The position numbers and the translations under genes were made by a program. The notes under the pieces were generated by a model. It made no database searches. It was not told the origin of the DNA and saw only the letters and a list, made by a program, of their open reading frames with translations. Below, one piece after another: positions 40,292-52,301 of a DNA stretch of 64,000 bases (position 1 is the stretch's first letter; every line of letters begins with the position of its first letter). The DNA comes from Monocercomonoides exilis PA203 (taxonomy: Eukaryota > Protista > Preaxostyla), in NCBI GenBank assembly GCA_001643675.2, contig LSRY02000003.1:248001-312000 (forward strand). Reading direction: 5' to 3'.

Positions 40292-42171
40292 ATGGATATG
40301 ATGACAGTGAATGAAGAGATTGAATATTTTAAAAGTGGTTTTTATTAAAAAGTATATTCTTTGAAATTTTTTGCTCATAACTGTCAAATATTTTTTATCT
40401 TTTATTTCAACAGAAATCCGGAAAAAAGAAATTGGAGAATTGGAGCCGCTGCTGATAAGATTTTATCATTTGCTAAAATTATTGAAACCCAAGATTCATG
40501 AGTTCTCCAAATCTTTTAAACACAAATACATTATTAATAAATTGAAGGACAGCTGTGGAGCTATTGAAAGTCCTCGCGAAGTTTTGGCAGCTCGCGTTCT
40601 TGGGGGAATATCCCGAATTTTATGCCTTTCCAGCGATCTTTTTGAAGGAATATATAAAATGAGAATGAGAAAACTATCTAAGCCAGCGAAAAGACTGGCA
40701 AAATCAATTTCACTGTTTTCTGAAGAGGAAAGATATGAAGACATTGATTACGAACTGGGTCATTTGTGCGAACAGGACGATGAAGATATTTGCCTGAATA
40801 CAATTGCTTATTATAGATATCAAACAGTCAAATATGGTATTGAAATCTTTTTTGAGCAGTAATTTATTTCAAGAAATGTTTTAATTATTTATTTCTTTGA
40901 CTTTAGGAGGCACTCCAATTATTGGAGAGGAAAGACATGCTTTTGTTGGGAATTGGCTGTTTAACCTTTTATCAAACAAATATCATTCTGTTGTTATCGA
41001 AACAATCAAAATGACGAAAAAGCTGTCATCACTAAGAGTTTATTTGATATTTGGCAAGACAGTCAAAAAGAACAACATTTTGGCTCTTGATTCGTTTCTT
41101 CCAGATCCAAATGCATTCAATTCCAGACAAGCCTCTGTTGGATTGCCCAAATGCAATTCTTCTGACTGGATTCCGCCTGTGTACTCACGCGGTGCAATTT
41201 GCTGCATGGCATTTCAAGCATTCGAGTGCTTGTGCAGGCTTTCAGCCAAACACATTTATGCATTTGTTCATATATTAACTTGTCAGGACAAAATTGTGGA
41301 AAAGGTGTTTTGCTATTTGTTTGGAAGCTGGACTGAAGAAGAATGGAAGGCTATTTTCCCTGGAAGCAGATTTTTGGATGCAAGTTGCTCTGATATTTAT
41401 TCTTCAGGTGGAGCCAACTTCCAACACATGATCGATGGATTGTATTGCGAAGAGCAAAGTGTGCAAAAAATGATTTCAAAGTTTCAGATGTGTGCAATTA
41501 TGTTCATCAGATGTTTCCTTGTGAAGCAGACTTATGAGTCAATCACTCGATGCATGAAAAGAGATTTTATGAGAAGAATAGCTTCATTGTCTTGTGACAC
41601 GACAAACGATTTGTTGAGACTGGAGGCAGCAAAGGCACTTTTGGATGGATGGGTCTGTGTATCATTGGAGGCACAAATACGTCCACTTCGGGAGGATGTT
41701 GATGAAGAAGATATTGAAAATTACTCGTGCCTTCCGCAACCTTTGCGCGGAGAGCTAAAAGCAATGTTAGCAGAGGCGTGCGAAGAAGAAGGAGTTATTG
41801 ACACGTTGAATGCTCATTTGGCTCCAAATTTATCAGAAGATGTTGTCAAAGCGAAGAAGGATGAACGAATAAGAAGAAGGCTGAAGGCAAAATGTGACCC
41901 AAGCATTTGCCCGGTTTGCGCCATGTATGCAGATGCAGATATCAATTATAATGAAATGGGAAGAGAAGATAAAAAAGAGAAAGAAAAGAGAGTGAAAGAT
42001 ACAGAGGTACAATTTCATGATCTTTTGGATTCAACAGTCAAAGAAGAAGAAAAATATTTTGGACTGTTAAAAAAATGTGTGAATGCAGGTGAAATGTCTT
42101 CAAATGTGTATTCGAAGATTCTGTTTGGTGATGATTGGGCGAGCTATTATTATATTGACGATTGTTATTAG
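40292..42171 (+). CDS. Hypothetical multi-exon protein (probably alpha-helical)
   Basis: ATG 40292, AT-rich introns near 40335-40412 and 40837-40907, and ORFs 40371-40862 and 40897-42171; no recognisable domain. Confidence 0.6.
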
Positions 42172-42266
42172 ACTAAGTGGAGTCTTTAGACGAAGAAGAA
42201 AAGAAAGATCATTGAAAGGAGCAAAAATGAGTATGATGATTTTCATGAATAATGAAGAAGAAGAAG

Positions 42267-42298
<32 letters not shown>

Positions 42299-44669
42299 TT
42301 TATGTATTTATTTGCCTGTTCAATTGTTCACGAAGCTTTTGAGGACTTCATTTTGGGATATATTTTTTGACAATTTGATACAGAACTTTATTTTGCTATT
42401 TTGAAAAGAATTTTTGTTTATTTTTTGAAAGCTTATGGATTCCTGTTTAAACAAGAATGTTGTGAAGATTTTTCATCTATTTTTGGTAAATTCAAGAAAA
42501 TCTAATGATTCCCAATTCAAATTCTCTTTTTCTCAAAAATTGAGGAAAACAATTTTTGTAATGTGTTGATTTTTGAATAGTTCGTTCGATATTTCTTGAA
42601 AAATTTAGAAGTGAAACGAAATACATCAGAATATTTCAAGAAGATTTTGTAATTTGAGATTGTTGGTGCTTTTAGCCTTCAAACTGTTTGGCAACTGAAT
42701 GAAAATTCAACAAGCTCAAAAAACAGCGTCTGTTTCTGATTTTTCATGTTTCTCTTTATGCAGATAATATTGAATGTTTTCGTTATGAAATTGAAAAAAA
42801 CCACACTTATCAAAATGACCTTCTCATCTTTCTTGTTCAAAGTTTTTCTTTTTCATTTGCTTTTCTTTCTTTCCTTCTTTCTACTGACAGCTTCCCTCTG
42901 ACTTCATCAACATGCATCAATTGCCTCTGTCTTTTGAACTTTGTCATCTCATTCGCTTCTCCAATCTTCTGCTTCTTTTTCAGCCCCATTTCTTCTTTCT
43001 TCATTTGCAACTCTTTTTATTTTGCTTCCATTTTTGTTGCCAATATTCCTTCATCATCATCATCATTTCCTCCTCATATACGCCTCTTTTTGAGATCTCC
43101 TCTTTCTTCATCATCCACTGCGATTCTTCTTTGTTCTTCATTCTGTTCATCTTCACCTTCCACAGCTCTTCATTCTTCTCCTTCTGTTTCTGCTTTGTGA
43201 TTCATTCTCTTTCATCTCTTTTGTCTGTTTGATCTTCTCTCTCTCTTTCTCTCTTTCTTTAATGTGCCTCTGCTAAGAGATCTTCATTCCGATCTCTCTG
43301 CCTCTTTCTTCCTTTCCTTCGATAACTTTCACATTGACTTCCATCACACATGCTTTTCTCGCTTTTCGGTTGTTCGTTCATTCTTGTGATTATAATGGCA
43401 ATATCCTCTTTGAAATATTTCTTATTCATCATCATCTTCTTCTTCCCTTTTCTCTCTTCCTCTGCTCATCCTTTTTAGTTTTTGTTTCCTTTTCTTTTCG
43501 CTGAAATTTCCTCCCTGTGCTTTGCTTCTGGCTCAACTGCTTCCTCCTTCTCCAAAAAAAAAATAATTTCATTGAAGATTTTCTTCAATTCCACTGCTCA
43601 TCACAAGTCAACTTTCTTTTTGATTGTTTTGTGTTTTGTCGGTTGGTATGCTTCTGCTTTCTCCTTCATCAACCCATCTTTCATTTTCTTTTTCACTTTT
43701 CTGGCTTTTCTTCTTCAAAACCATCTAATCTTTCACTCTTTCAATATTTTGGATTAAAAAATAATAATCACTTCAAAAAAAAAAAAATAACGACAGCAAA
43801 CCTTCTAATCATTTTTATAAGCAATTTTCTGTTTTTTTATCCCATTGGCAACTGCTTTCTTCAATTCAATTTCATTATTCCTTCCTTTTTCGAATGTTCC
43901 ATCATCTGATTCTCCAATCATCCTTTCCAGAAGTCATTTCTCCATCAAATGCATCGATTTTATGCTCTTCTGAAAAATGTGAAATTCATGTTTTCTGCTC
44001 AAATTCCATTCTCATCATTGAAAAATATCATTGTTTTTCGTCTGAAAATATCATCTCCAATTCCCTTCCCAATCCCTTCACCCTGGGCACTTTCCATATG
44101 AATTCGCTGGCTCAACTCCATAGTCAGCCTGCACAATGAGATATAAAGCTTTCATTCATTTTCATTCATTTCCGCCTCCTGCCCTGAAAACAATGCAAAA
44201 ATAAATTTCATTCAAAGACAAATAAATATAAACTCAAACAATCTTTCTGCTCCCTTTCGGTCTTTTCGGTGAATTCAGCGAAGCATTTTTATTCAAAAAC
44301 ACTTTCTTAATTCTCCAAAATTATCATGTCTGCTTTACCTAAATCATAAAAACATTTTCAAAAAATGAAAAAGAAAAAAAAAAATAAATTCTCTTTTCAA
44401 GGGAAATCAAATCAAACATTTATCACATTTCCATTGAACAGCAAGAACAATACATGCGCAGAAAAAAAATAGTCAAAAAAAAATATAAATTACATTTAAA
44501 AAATGAAATCGTATTATGAAACAAACATTAAATATGCAATCTTTAAGTAAATAAAATGCCTTTGTCATCATTCGAGATTTCATAAAAATCTGTGAATAGA
44601 AAAAATTCTTTTAAGAATAATTTGATTGATCGCAGGAATAATTAATATTTTCATTTTTGATATGTTTGG

Positions 44670-47600
44670 ATGTCGTTTATCTTGTGGAATATGAAAGGAA
44701 ATTCGACAGCAATATTTTTATTGGCAATAACGTTGTGTATGCTTACCAGAAGCGAAGTAGTTGAAAATACTATCCCCAATGGGCAAGCGGAGAACGTTGG
44801 AAATGCAAGATTCAATCATATCACATGTGCTGAGACAAGTCTAAAAATCATCAACACCTCCTTGTGTGTGACCCATCTCACCATGGCACCTCTCGCTGGT
44901 TGTCCACTCCTCACTGCCCAACACCACTCGGCTGCAACCATCTGCTCCTCCACTTGCCAAGTCAACCCAGCAACAAAATCTCCACTTTTCCTCTCTGCCC
45001 ATGCCTCTATCATCCTCTCAAACTTCTCCCTCACCACCCACCAACCTGCCATCCTCTCCTTCCCCCTCTTCTCCACCCCAAACAATCTCTTCCCAGACGC
45101 CCACTCCCCAATCCCTGCCTCCTTCTCCATCTCCCACTCCTCTTTCTCCTCCTTCATCTCCCTCGTCCAGCCCTTCCTTTTTTCTCCTTCTTCCCTCTCT
45201 TCCCCTTCCCCTTCTCCATCTCCATCCCTTTTTCCTTCTCCTTCATCTTCCTCATCCTCACCCACATCATCTTCTTTTTCTTCCCCTTCCTCTTCTCCTT
45301 CTCCTCTCCATAACCATCACCAATCCCATCCCCACCTCCAAATCCACCTCAATCTCCATCTCTCAAACACCATCTTCTCCAACATCTCCTCTCCTCAATC
45401 CCCTCTATCGCTTCCATTCCTTCCTTCACACTCACTCAACCCATTCATCTCAACCACCTCTTCCTCTTCTTCCTCTTCCACTTCCACCAACACCAATTCA
45501 ATCCCCTCCTTCTCTCTTCACTCATCTCTCTCCATCCACTCAACCATCTTTCTCCGAACTCGCAACCCCATCGATGGTGCCATCCTCCCCAACCTCAACA
45601 GCCCATTCACTTCTCTTTCTGCCTTCAACACTTCCTTTCTCCACCAAACACGCTCTTTACCAAATGCTGCTGTGGTTCATATTGGAACAGAATCTCAAAG
45701 AAAAACACCTGGAAGGTTGACTTCTTTTGATGCTAACAGCCATATCTTCAAATGGTGTGAATGGAATGAATCAAATGGAGGAAGTGATTGGGGTGGTGCA
45801 CTTAAAGTTGTTTGCACAAATGCAAATCTCACAATCACTTCTTGTTCGTTTTTCAATTGTTCTTGCACAGGAAATGGTGAAGGAGGAGCAATATTCTGTC
45901 GATACTTATTGAAAATCAGCATCACAAAATCTAATTTCACAAACTGTTCTGCATTTGGTGGAGGAGCAGCCGCAATATGGCATCCACAATCAAATGCTGT
46001 TTATTCATTCTCAGAAAATAGAGTTGATAGTTGTAAAATAAAAGGCAATTATGGAACTGGTTGGTATTTTGGTCTCGATAACATGCCATCTGATGCAAAA
46101 TTCTTATTCAAAAATTGCTCCTGCATTGCAAATACTGGTGGAAATGCGGCCGGTGCAGTCACGTTTCATTACCCTCCACCACAAAAACCAAAACAATGCT
46201 TGCTCCAAGAGTGCCAGTTCATCAACAACAAAGTCGAAAATCCAACTTCCTATGGAGGCGCTGCTCTATGTTGCACAAACACCTTCACTTGGATGAATGG
46301 AAATAAATTCATCACATTCTGCTTCTTCGATGGCAACACTGCCACAAATGGCAGAGGAAATGATGTGTTCTTTTACGGAAGTGATATTACCCAATCCCCA
46401 TTCCAGCAATGTGGATCAACAACAGAATCAAAAAGAGTGTATAATAATGGAAAAGCTGATAGTGATGTGTACAACAGTTGGCTTCCAATCATCAACCAGA
46501 ACAAAATAGTCTCAAATGGTGGAAGTGATGTCGATGCCTGTGGCAAAACACAGCAAAGCCCATGCGCCACTGTGGAGTATGCCCTCGGATGCGTTGCTCC
46601 CTTCAGCGATGCCTCCCTCTCTCTTCTCGTCTCCACTTTCACTCCCACAAAGACTCTCACATTTCGTGCTCCAAATACAAAAATCACTGGAAACGGCACA
46701 ACTGCCACCACCATCGCCTCCAGTGGCATTCCCCAACCACAAAACTCATATTCACAGTCATCACAATCAGCATCATCATTTTCTTCATTTCCTTCTTCAA
46801 CATCTTCTTCACCAGATCCATCTGCCACTTCTGCCCTCTTCCAACAAACTCAGGGCTCCCTCACAGTCTCTGCCCTCGCCATCGCCCACAACTCCTCAAA
46901 TCCCATCACCCCCATCCTCTTCCACCTCTCCCAAAACTCCCCTTCCCTCAACCTCAACGCAACCACCATCACCGGAACAACCTCCAATTCAATCACAACC
47001 CCCCTCTTCTTCCTCACTGCTGGCTCCCTCGCCCTCAACCACACAGCAATCACTCATCTCACTCTCAACAGCCAGAGCATCTTCCACCTCACCTCCTTCA
47101 CCGCTCCCCTCACCCTCAACTCCTCCAACATCACCCACATCACCTCCACAGCCACCCCCGCCAGCTGTGTCCTCTCCTCTGCCACCTCCCCTGCCCTCTC
47201 CCTCTCCCTCGCCAACTGCACCATCACCAACATCAACTCAGCTCCACAACACCAACAGACTGCCACAGATGGCGGGTGCATCTCATTCGCCTCATCTGTC
47301 CCTGCCAATACGTTTTCAGTGAGTGATTCCACCTTCTTTAGCTGCTGCGTGAGTGAGGATGTGAATAATGGAGGAAAAGGAGGAGGAATATATTTGGATT
47401 GCAGTCTGAATGAAGGAGGATTTCAACTTTCATCGATATCGTTTTCTGGATGCTCAGCAACAGTTGGGAAGAACATGTTTGTGAAGAGCAACAATCTTGT
47501 GGACACTATGAATACAGAGCGTTTTGCATTTGATTGCTCAGGATATTCTAATGATGGGAATGCATTTGTTGGAGAAGATGGGGGGTATGGAGAAATGGAT

Positions 47601-50600
47601 CTTCGAGTGTTTCTTGTTTCTTTGAAGTGGATGGTTGTGTCTGTATCGACTGGTGGTCATGACACATTGGGATGTGGAAATGAAAAATTCCCATGTGAAT
47701 CAATGAAGAGTGGAATTGACCATATTGACAGAAGTGGGACAGTTGGAGAAAGGAAAGTGAAAGTGAAAGATGAAGTGACAATTGAAGATATTTATTCCTT
47801 CACAGATGAACTTGTGATTGATGGATGTGTGAATGAGGGAGATGCCATTAAACACAAGCCTATTCGTTTTGAATCTTCAATCAAAGAGAATTCTGCATCA
47901 TTATCATCATCTGTTATTTCATCAATTCAGCCACTCAGCTTCTTTTATTTGAAGCTGCAGATTCCAAGTCAATTTGTACCAAGTATGAATTCGTTGATCT
48001 CATCGAGTGGGGTTCTTGAGCTCGTAAACTGTTTATTTGAGATCCAATCAATAGCAGATATTGTTCAATACTCATTGATAACAACAACCACTGGAAGTTG
48101 CACATTGAAAGGATGCAGTTTGACAGATTGTTCATTTGCTGTATCTCCATTGGTGATGGCTTCTTCCGTTTTGTTAGAAAACAGTAACTTTTCAAACATT
48201 GCGAACGTAGGCAGTGAAGAAGGAGGTATTGCAAGAGTGACATTAAAAAATGACGAAGATTTGGTGATCAAATCAACAAATGCATCATCTTGCTCACTTT
48301 CATCAAGCAATGGAAAAGGCGGATTCTTGTATTTGGATTGTGAGAATTGTTTGAGTGAAAAACCATTTGTTTTTGATATTGGTGTCACTTTTGAAAATAA
48401 CAATGCAGCCACAGGGAGGAATATGTTCATTTTGGCAAATGATTTAAATACTTCTGTGACAAATGATTCATTCAAATTTGATTATTTGTCAATGATAAAT
48501 GAAAGCAATTTGTTTGTTGGAAGTGATGATTTTCATTCAAACAAAGATTTGTTCATGTTCCTCATTCCATACAGCTCCATTGAGATATTTATCTCATCTG
48601 AAGGATATGATGTTGTAAGATGCGGAAGTGAGAAAGAGCCATGTTTCACAATGTGGAAAGGGATGGAAAACATGAAAAAGGAAATTGGAAATAAAACAAT
48701 TCAGATTGAAGGATCGACAATTATTCGAGATTCATACAATGTGTCCAATTATCAGATCAAAAAGAGTGTAAAGATGGGAGAAGAAGATATAAAAGCGATA
48801 TTGAGTTTTGAAAAGGCAATTGGAAGTCAACTGGAATATTTCATGGAAAATGATGAACATCTTGAATTATCAAATATCCAACTTCAACTGACATCTGGAT
48901 TTGACAATTCAGCCAAAACAATTATTTCAAACAAAAATGGAGAATTGGTAATAAGTGGATGTTCATTCCATTCAGAGGCTGGAGTGAACAATGGATTTGA
49001 TTGTGTGTTTGTGGATGCGATTGGAGGAAGTGTAGAAGTGAATGATTTGTCGATTGAATCATGCAATGTTGGAAACAGTATTTTTTCAATTAACAATGCT
49101 GGAGTTTCTTGCCAGTTGAAGAATGTTCGAGTGAAATTGTTGAATGAAAGCGGAGGATGTCTTCTTCTGATCAAAGGATCTGAATTAACAACAAAGATAA
49201 ATGAAGTGGGTGAGGAAGTGAGTCTCAATATTGATAATTCATCATTTTCAGGAGTGAAGAGAAGTGACAATGGAGCAAGCGTTTTGGAATCGAAGAGTGA
49301 CAAAAAGATTTGTTTGATTGTAAAGGAGAGCAACATCACAGAAGATAAGGCAGAAGATAGTGAAAAAGGAGGGGCGATATTCTTCACATTGGGATCGTCT
49401 GGATCAATGAATATGATTGACTCCAAAATCACAAATTGCAATTGCAGTATTAGTTCAGGGAAAGGAGGAGGAGTATATTTGACAACAGATGAAAGAGGAG
49501 AATTGAATTTTTCATTTGCGGGTATGAAACTCAGTTCAAACACAGCAAGAGTGGGGAATGACATTTTCATTGAATGCTTCAACATCACATGGCAGATCAA
49601 TGAAAGGCAATTCCAGTTTGATCTTCGAGAAGGCCACTATTCACGAATTAATGCGATATATGGAATTGATGAATGTGAATATCCAAGCTTGACAGATCTA
49701 ATTGGATTTGTGACGATTCATCAGAGCGACACAATCATTGTGAGCAGTGTGAATGGATCGGATGATAGGCAATGTGGAACAAATGCTCTTCCATGTGATT
49801 CAATTGATTATGGACTTGTTCATTTGGCATCAGATATTCTGAGTCTGATATTTGTTGTTGAAAAGAGTGTGATTGAAGAAGAGATAAACCTGAAGGAAAT
49901 GAGTTTGAGTTCGAAGAACAGAGACTTGTGTGAAGTTGAAGTGAAATCAAACATTGGAACAACAAGAGAAGCGCTGGTGATAACAACTGGAACAGTCTCA
50001 TTGTTGAGAGTGAACTTTGTGTTTGATCCAAATTTCGTTTCTCAACATGAATCATTAATATCACCAGAGGGAGGAATTCTTGAGATAATGAATTGCTTAT
50101 TCACTTCAAAACAATCCAATGAAGAAGAAAATGAAGCTTTTGCAAACATTCCATTTCACACAATAAAAATGGTAAAAGGAGAATTACAACTCGATGGATG
50201 CACAATATCAAATCTTATTCTTCATGAATCTGCTTTGCATCTTTCATCACCATTTCCATTGGTGATTGATTCATTAACGATTTGCAATTCAACAATAGAA
50301 ACTTCTCTGATAGATATAAATGAATGTGGACAATTAACAATCAAGGATTTCAAAACGGAAAATATCTCAGTTGAAGGAAATGAAGAATCATTGATATCTT
50401 GCTTGGCAATGAAAAAGACAATTCAATTGGCAAATTGCACAATGGGTGGAGTCAGTTCAAAGACCACAAAAGGCAAATTGATGAAATTGGAGAATTGTTT
50501 GGACGTGAAAATGGACAGTTGCATTTTTGATGGGAGTTCAAAGGAAAGAAATGAAAAGAATTCAAATACAGAAGGAGAGATGTGCAGATGGGAAGGATCT

Positions 50601-52301
50601 CTTGTTGATATTGTGAAGAGTTCTGTGATGATGAAAGACACAACAATCTCGAATTCACCAGATGGTGGAATGACAATGAGTGGAGGAAATATCATGATTG
50701 AAAAAGGAGAGTTTTTGAATAATAATCCATCAATTGAAGGATATCCATCATTGAGAAGAAACATCCTCTGTTCAGATTCAGGAACATTGAATGTGATGAG
50801 TTTGAAAGGAGGAGATGGATGGAAGGATAACACATCATTGTGGATGTTGAATGAAGGGTGCAATTTTGAAGGGATTGTTTCAGAAAGGGATTCATCATTT
50901 TTCATTCCAGTTCTGGAGAGTGTGGAAGCAAAAGAAGAGACAGATAGAATGAAGCTGACATTCAAAGGGATGCTTCTTGTTCCATGCAACTTGTCATTCT
51001 CAGTTGTGAAGAAGAAGGGAGAAGGGAAAGAGATTGAACATTTTGATTTTGATTCAAATGGATTCTTGTCAGAAAGAGAAGTTGAAGGAAGTGCGACAAA
51101 GAATCTTATCAGCAATTGTGGAGATGAAATTGAGGTGAGTGTGCATGTTTTATTTGGGAATGCAGAATCTCCTTCTTCAACAAATTCATTCATTCTGAAA
51201 AATGCAAGTATTACTCCTCCAAAAGTTGATGAAAGAAAAACAGAAGGAGGAAATAAGAATAACAATGGAAATGTGAATATGATTGAATGGAGTTTGTTTG
51301 CCTTTATTGGCTGTGTTGCAGTTATTATTATTCTGTTGTTTGTTATTGTTGTGGTTGTTGTGCTTTTGCGAAGGAAATTGAGGGAAGCAGAAAAGAAAGC
51401 AGAGGAAGCAGAATCAGAAGCAAGACAAATAATGGAAAAGATTGAGAGAAGAAGGGAAAACAATGGGGGATGTATTGAGATGAGCGAGATGCCATCCACA
51501 CTGCTGGAAGGGATGACAAGCCAAATTCCACTTCTCATTGACAACGATGAAGAAGATCTTCCAGAGCCTCCGTCAATGACTGATGGAGAGCTGAATGAAA
51601 ATGATTTTCCAGATTTGGAACCACCATTGCTATTTTCTGAGGACGATTCTGCTGCTGGAGCACCAAAATCTCATTCACTCAATGTGATATCAGCGAAGAA
51701 ACCATTTCGAGAGAAAGAGAAAAAGAACATCAAAACATTACACTCAGTGATTCATTCAGTTCAGGGCAATTTCACACTGGGAACAAGAGCGATGGATGTT
51801 GTTGATGGAAAAGAGGTGGTTTTGGCAGTGGCAGAGCTATTTGAGCATTTGATTTCAGTTGATGATGAAAGGGTGGAAATGATGGCGAGGCAGCTGTGCC
51901 CATATACAATCTTTGTTGAGGAAGGGAGCAATGAAATATTTGTTTTGACAGAGGAATTGGAGGAAGAGAAGCAGAAGGAAGAAATGAAACGATGGAAGGC
52001 ACCAGAAATTGGAAATGAAGATGAGGAAGTGGAAAATGATGGAATTGAGCAAGCAGTTGTATTCACACTTGGACTGATACTCCATGAAATGACAACAGGA
52101 GAAGTGCCATTGAGTGAATGTGAAGCCGAGGAAGCACAGGAGATGATGAGGGATGGAGTGCGACCACTGACAGACGGAATCGAAGGAGAAGAAATGGTTG
52201 AGCTGATAGAGAGGATGTGGGGAGATGAGCCAGATATCAGACCCACTTTGGGAGAAGTGATTCAATCGCTGATGGAAATGGCAGAGAATGACGCAGAGTG
52301 A
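44670..52301 (+). CDS. Giant single-pass surface protein with degenerate kinase-like tail (paralog of 1850-7969)
   Basis: 2543-aa ORF with signal peptide, GGA(I/L) repeats, four G-x-D-x3-CG-x4-PC modules, TM WSLFAFIGCVAVIIILLFVIVVVVVLL, and RWKAPE / VFTLGLILHEMTTGEVP / RPTL. Confidence 0.88.
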   Translation: MSFILWNMKGNSTAIFLLAITLCMLTRSEVVENTIPNGQAENVGNARFNHITCAETSLKIINTSLCVTHLTMAPLAGCPLLTAQHHSAATICSSTCQVNPATKSPLFLSAHASIILSNFSLTTHQPAILSFPLFSTPNNLFPDAHSPIPASFSISHSSFSSFISLVQPFLFSPSSLSSPSPSPSPSLFPSPSSSSSSPTSSSFSSPSSSPSPLHNHHQSHPHLQIHLNLHLSNTIFSNISSPQSPLSLPFLPSHSLNPFISTTSSSSSSSTSTNTNSIPSFSLHSSLSIHSTIFLRTRNPIDGAILPNLNSPFTSLSAFNTSFLHQTRSLPNAAVVHIGTESQRKTPGRLTSFDANSHIFKWCEWNESNGGSDWGGALKVVCTNANLTITSCSFFNCSCTGNGEGGAIFCRYLLKISITKSNFTNCSAFGGGAAAIWHPQSNAVYSFSENRVDSCKIKGNYGTGWYFGLDNMPSDAKFLFKNCSCIANTGGNAAGAVTFHYPPPQKPKQCLLQECQFINNKVENPTSYGGAALCCTNTFTWMNGNKFITFCFFDGNTATNGRGNDVFFYGSDITQSPFQQCGSTTESKRVYNNGKADSDVYNSWLPIINQNKIVSNGGSDVDACGKTQQSPCATVEYALGCVAPFSDASLSLLVSTFTPTKTLTFRAPNTKITGNGTTATTIASSGIPQPQNSYSQSSQSASSFSSFPSSTSSSPDPSATSALFQQTQGSLTVSALAIAHNSSNPITPILFHLSQNSPSLNLNATTITGTTSNSITTPLFFLTAGSLALNHTAITHLTLNSQSIFHLTSFTAPLTLNSSNITHITSTATPASCVLSSATSPALSLSLANCTITNINSAPQHQQTATDGGCISFASSVPANTFSVSDSTFFSCCVSEDVNNGGKGGGIYLDCSLNEGGFQLSSISFSGCSATVGKNMFVKSNNLVDTMNTERFAFDCSGYSNDGNAFVGEDGGYGEMDLRVFLVSLKWMVVSVSTGGHDTLGCGNEKFPCESMKSGIDHIDRSGTVGERKVKVKDEVTIEDIYSFTDELVIDGCVNEGDAIKHKPIRFESSIKENSASLSSSVISSIQPLSFFYLKLQIPSQFVPSMNSLISSSGVLELVNCLFEIQSIADIVQYSLITTTTGSCTLKGCSLTDCSFAVSPLVMASSVLLENSNFSNIANVGSEEGGIARVTLKNDEDLVIKSTNASSCSLSSSNGKGGFLYLDCENCLSEKPFVFDIGVTFENNNAATGRNMFILANDLNTSVTNDSFKFDYLSMINESNLFVGSDDFHSNKDLFMFLIPYSSIEIFISSEGYDVVRCGSEKEPCFTMWKGMENMKKEIGNKTIQIEGSTIIRDSYNVSNYQIKKSVKMGEEDIKAILSFEKAIGSQLEYFMENDEHLELSNIQLQLTSGFDNSAKTIISNKNGELVISGCSFHSEAGVNNGFDCVFVDAIGGSVEVNDLSIESCNVGNSIFSINNAGVSCQLKNVRVKLLNESGGCLLLIKGSELTTKINEVGEEVSLNIDNSSFSGVKRSDNGASVLESKSDKKICLIVKESNITEDKAEDSEKGGAIFFTLGSSGSMNMIDSKITNCNCSISSGKGGGVYLTTDERGELNFSFAGMKLSSNTARVGNDIFIECFNITWQINERQFQFDLREGHYSRINAIYGIDECEYPSLTDLIGFVTIHQSDTIIVSSVNGSDDRQCGTNALPCDSIDYGLVHLASDILSLIFVVEKSVIEEEINLKEMSLSSKNRDLCEVEVKSNIGTTREALVITTGTVSLLRVNFVFDPNFVSQHESLISPEGGILEIMNCLFTSKQSNEEENEAFANIPFHTIKMVKGELQLDGCTISNLILHESALHLSSPFPLVIDSLTICNSTIETSLIDINECGQLTIKDFKTENISVEGNEESLISCLAMKKTIQLANCTMGGVSSKTTKGKLMKLENCLDVKMDSCIFDGSSKERNEKNSNTEGEMCRWEGSLVDIVKSSVMMKDTTISNSPDGGMTMSGGNIMIEKGEFLNNNPSIEGYPSLRRNILCSDSGTLNVMSLKGGDGWKDNTSLWMLNEGCNFEGIVSERDSSFFIPVLESVEAKEETDRMKLTFKGMLLVPCNLSFSVVKKKGEGKEIEHFDFDSNGFLSEREVEGSATKNLISNCGDEIEVSVHVLFGNAESPSSTNSFILKNASITPPKVDERKTEGGNKNNNGNVNMIEWSLFAFIGCVAVIIILLFVIVVVVVLLRRKLREAEKKAEEAESEARQIMEKIERRRENNGGCIEMSEMPSTLLEGMTSQIPLLIDNDEEDLPEPPSMTDGELNENDFPDLEPPLLFSEDDSAAGAPKSHSLNVISAKKPFREKEKKNIKTLHSVIHSVQGNFTLGTRAMDVVDGKEVVLAVAELFEHLISVDDERVEMMARQLCPYTIFVEEGSNEIFVLTEELEEEKQKEEMKRWKAPEIGNEDEEVENDGIEQAVVFTLGLILHEMTTGEVPLSECEAEEAQEMMRDGVRPLTDGIEGEEMVELIERMWGDEPDIRPTLGEVIQSLMEMAENDAE

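Noticed and set aside
42800-44330. Possible degraded Glu/Lys-rich gene on the minus strand
   Set aside because: No sustained ORF or recognisable motif, so it cannot be supported as a feature.
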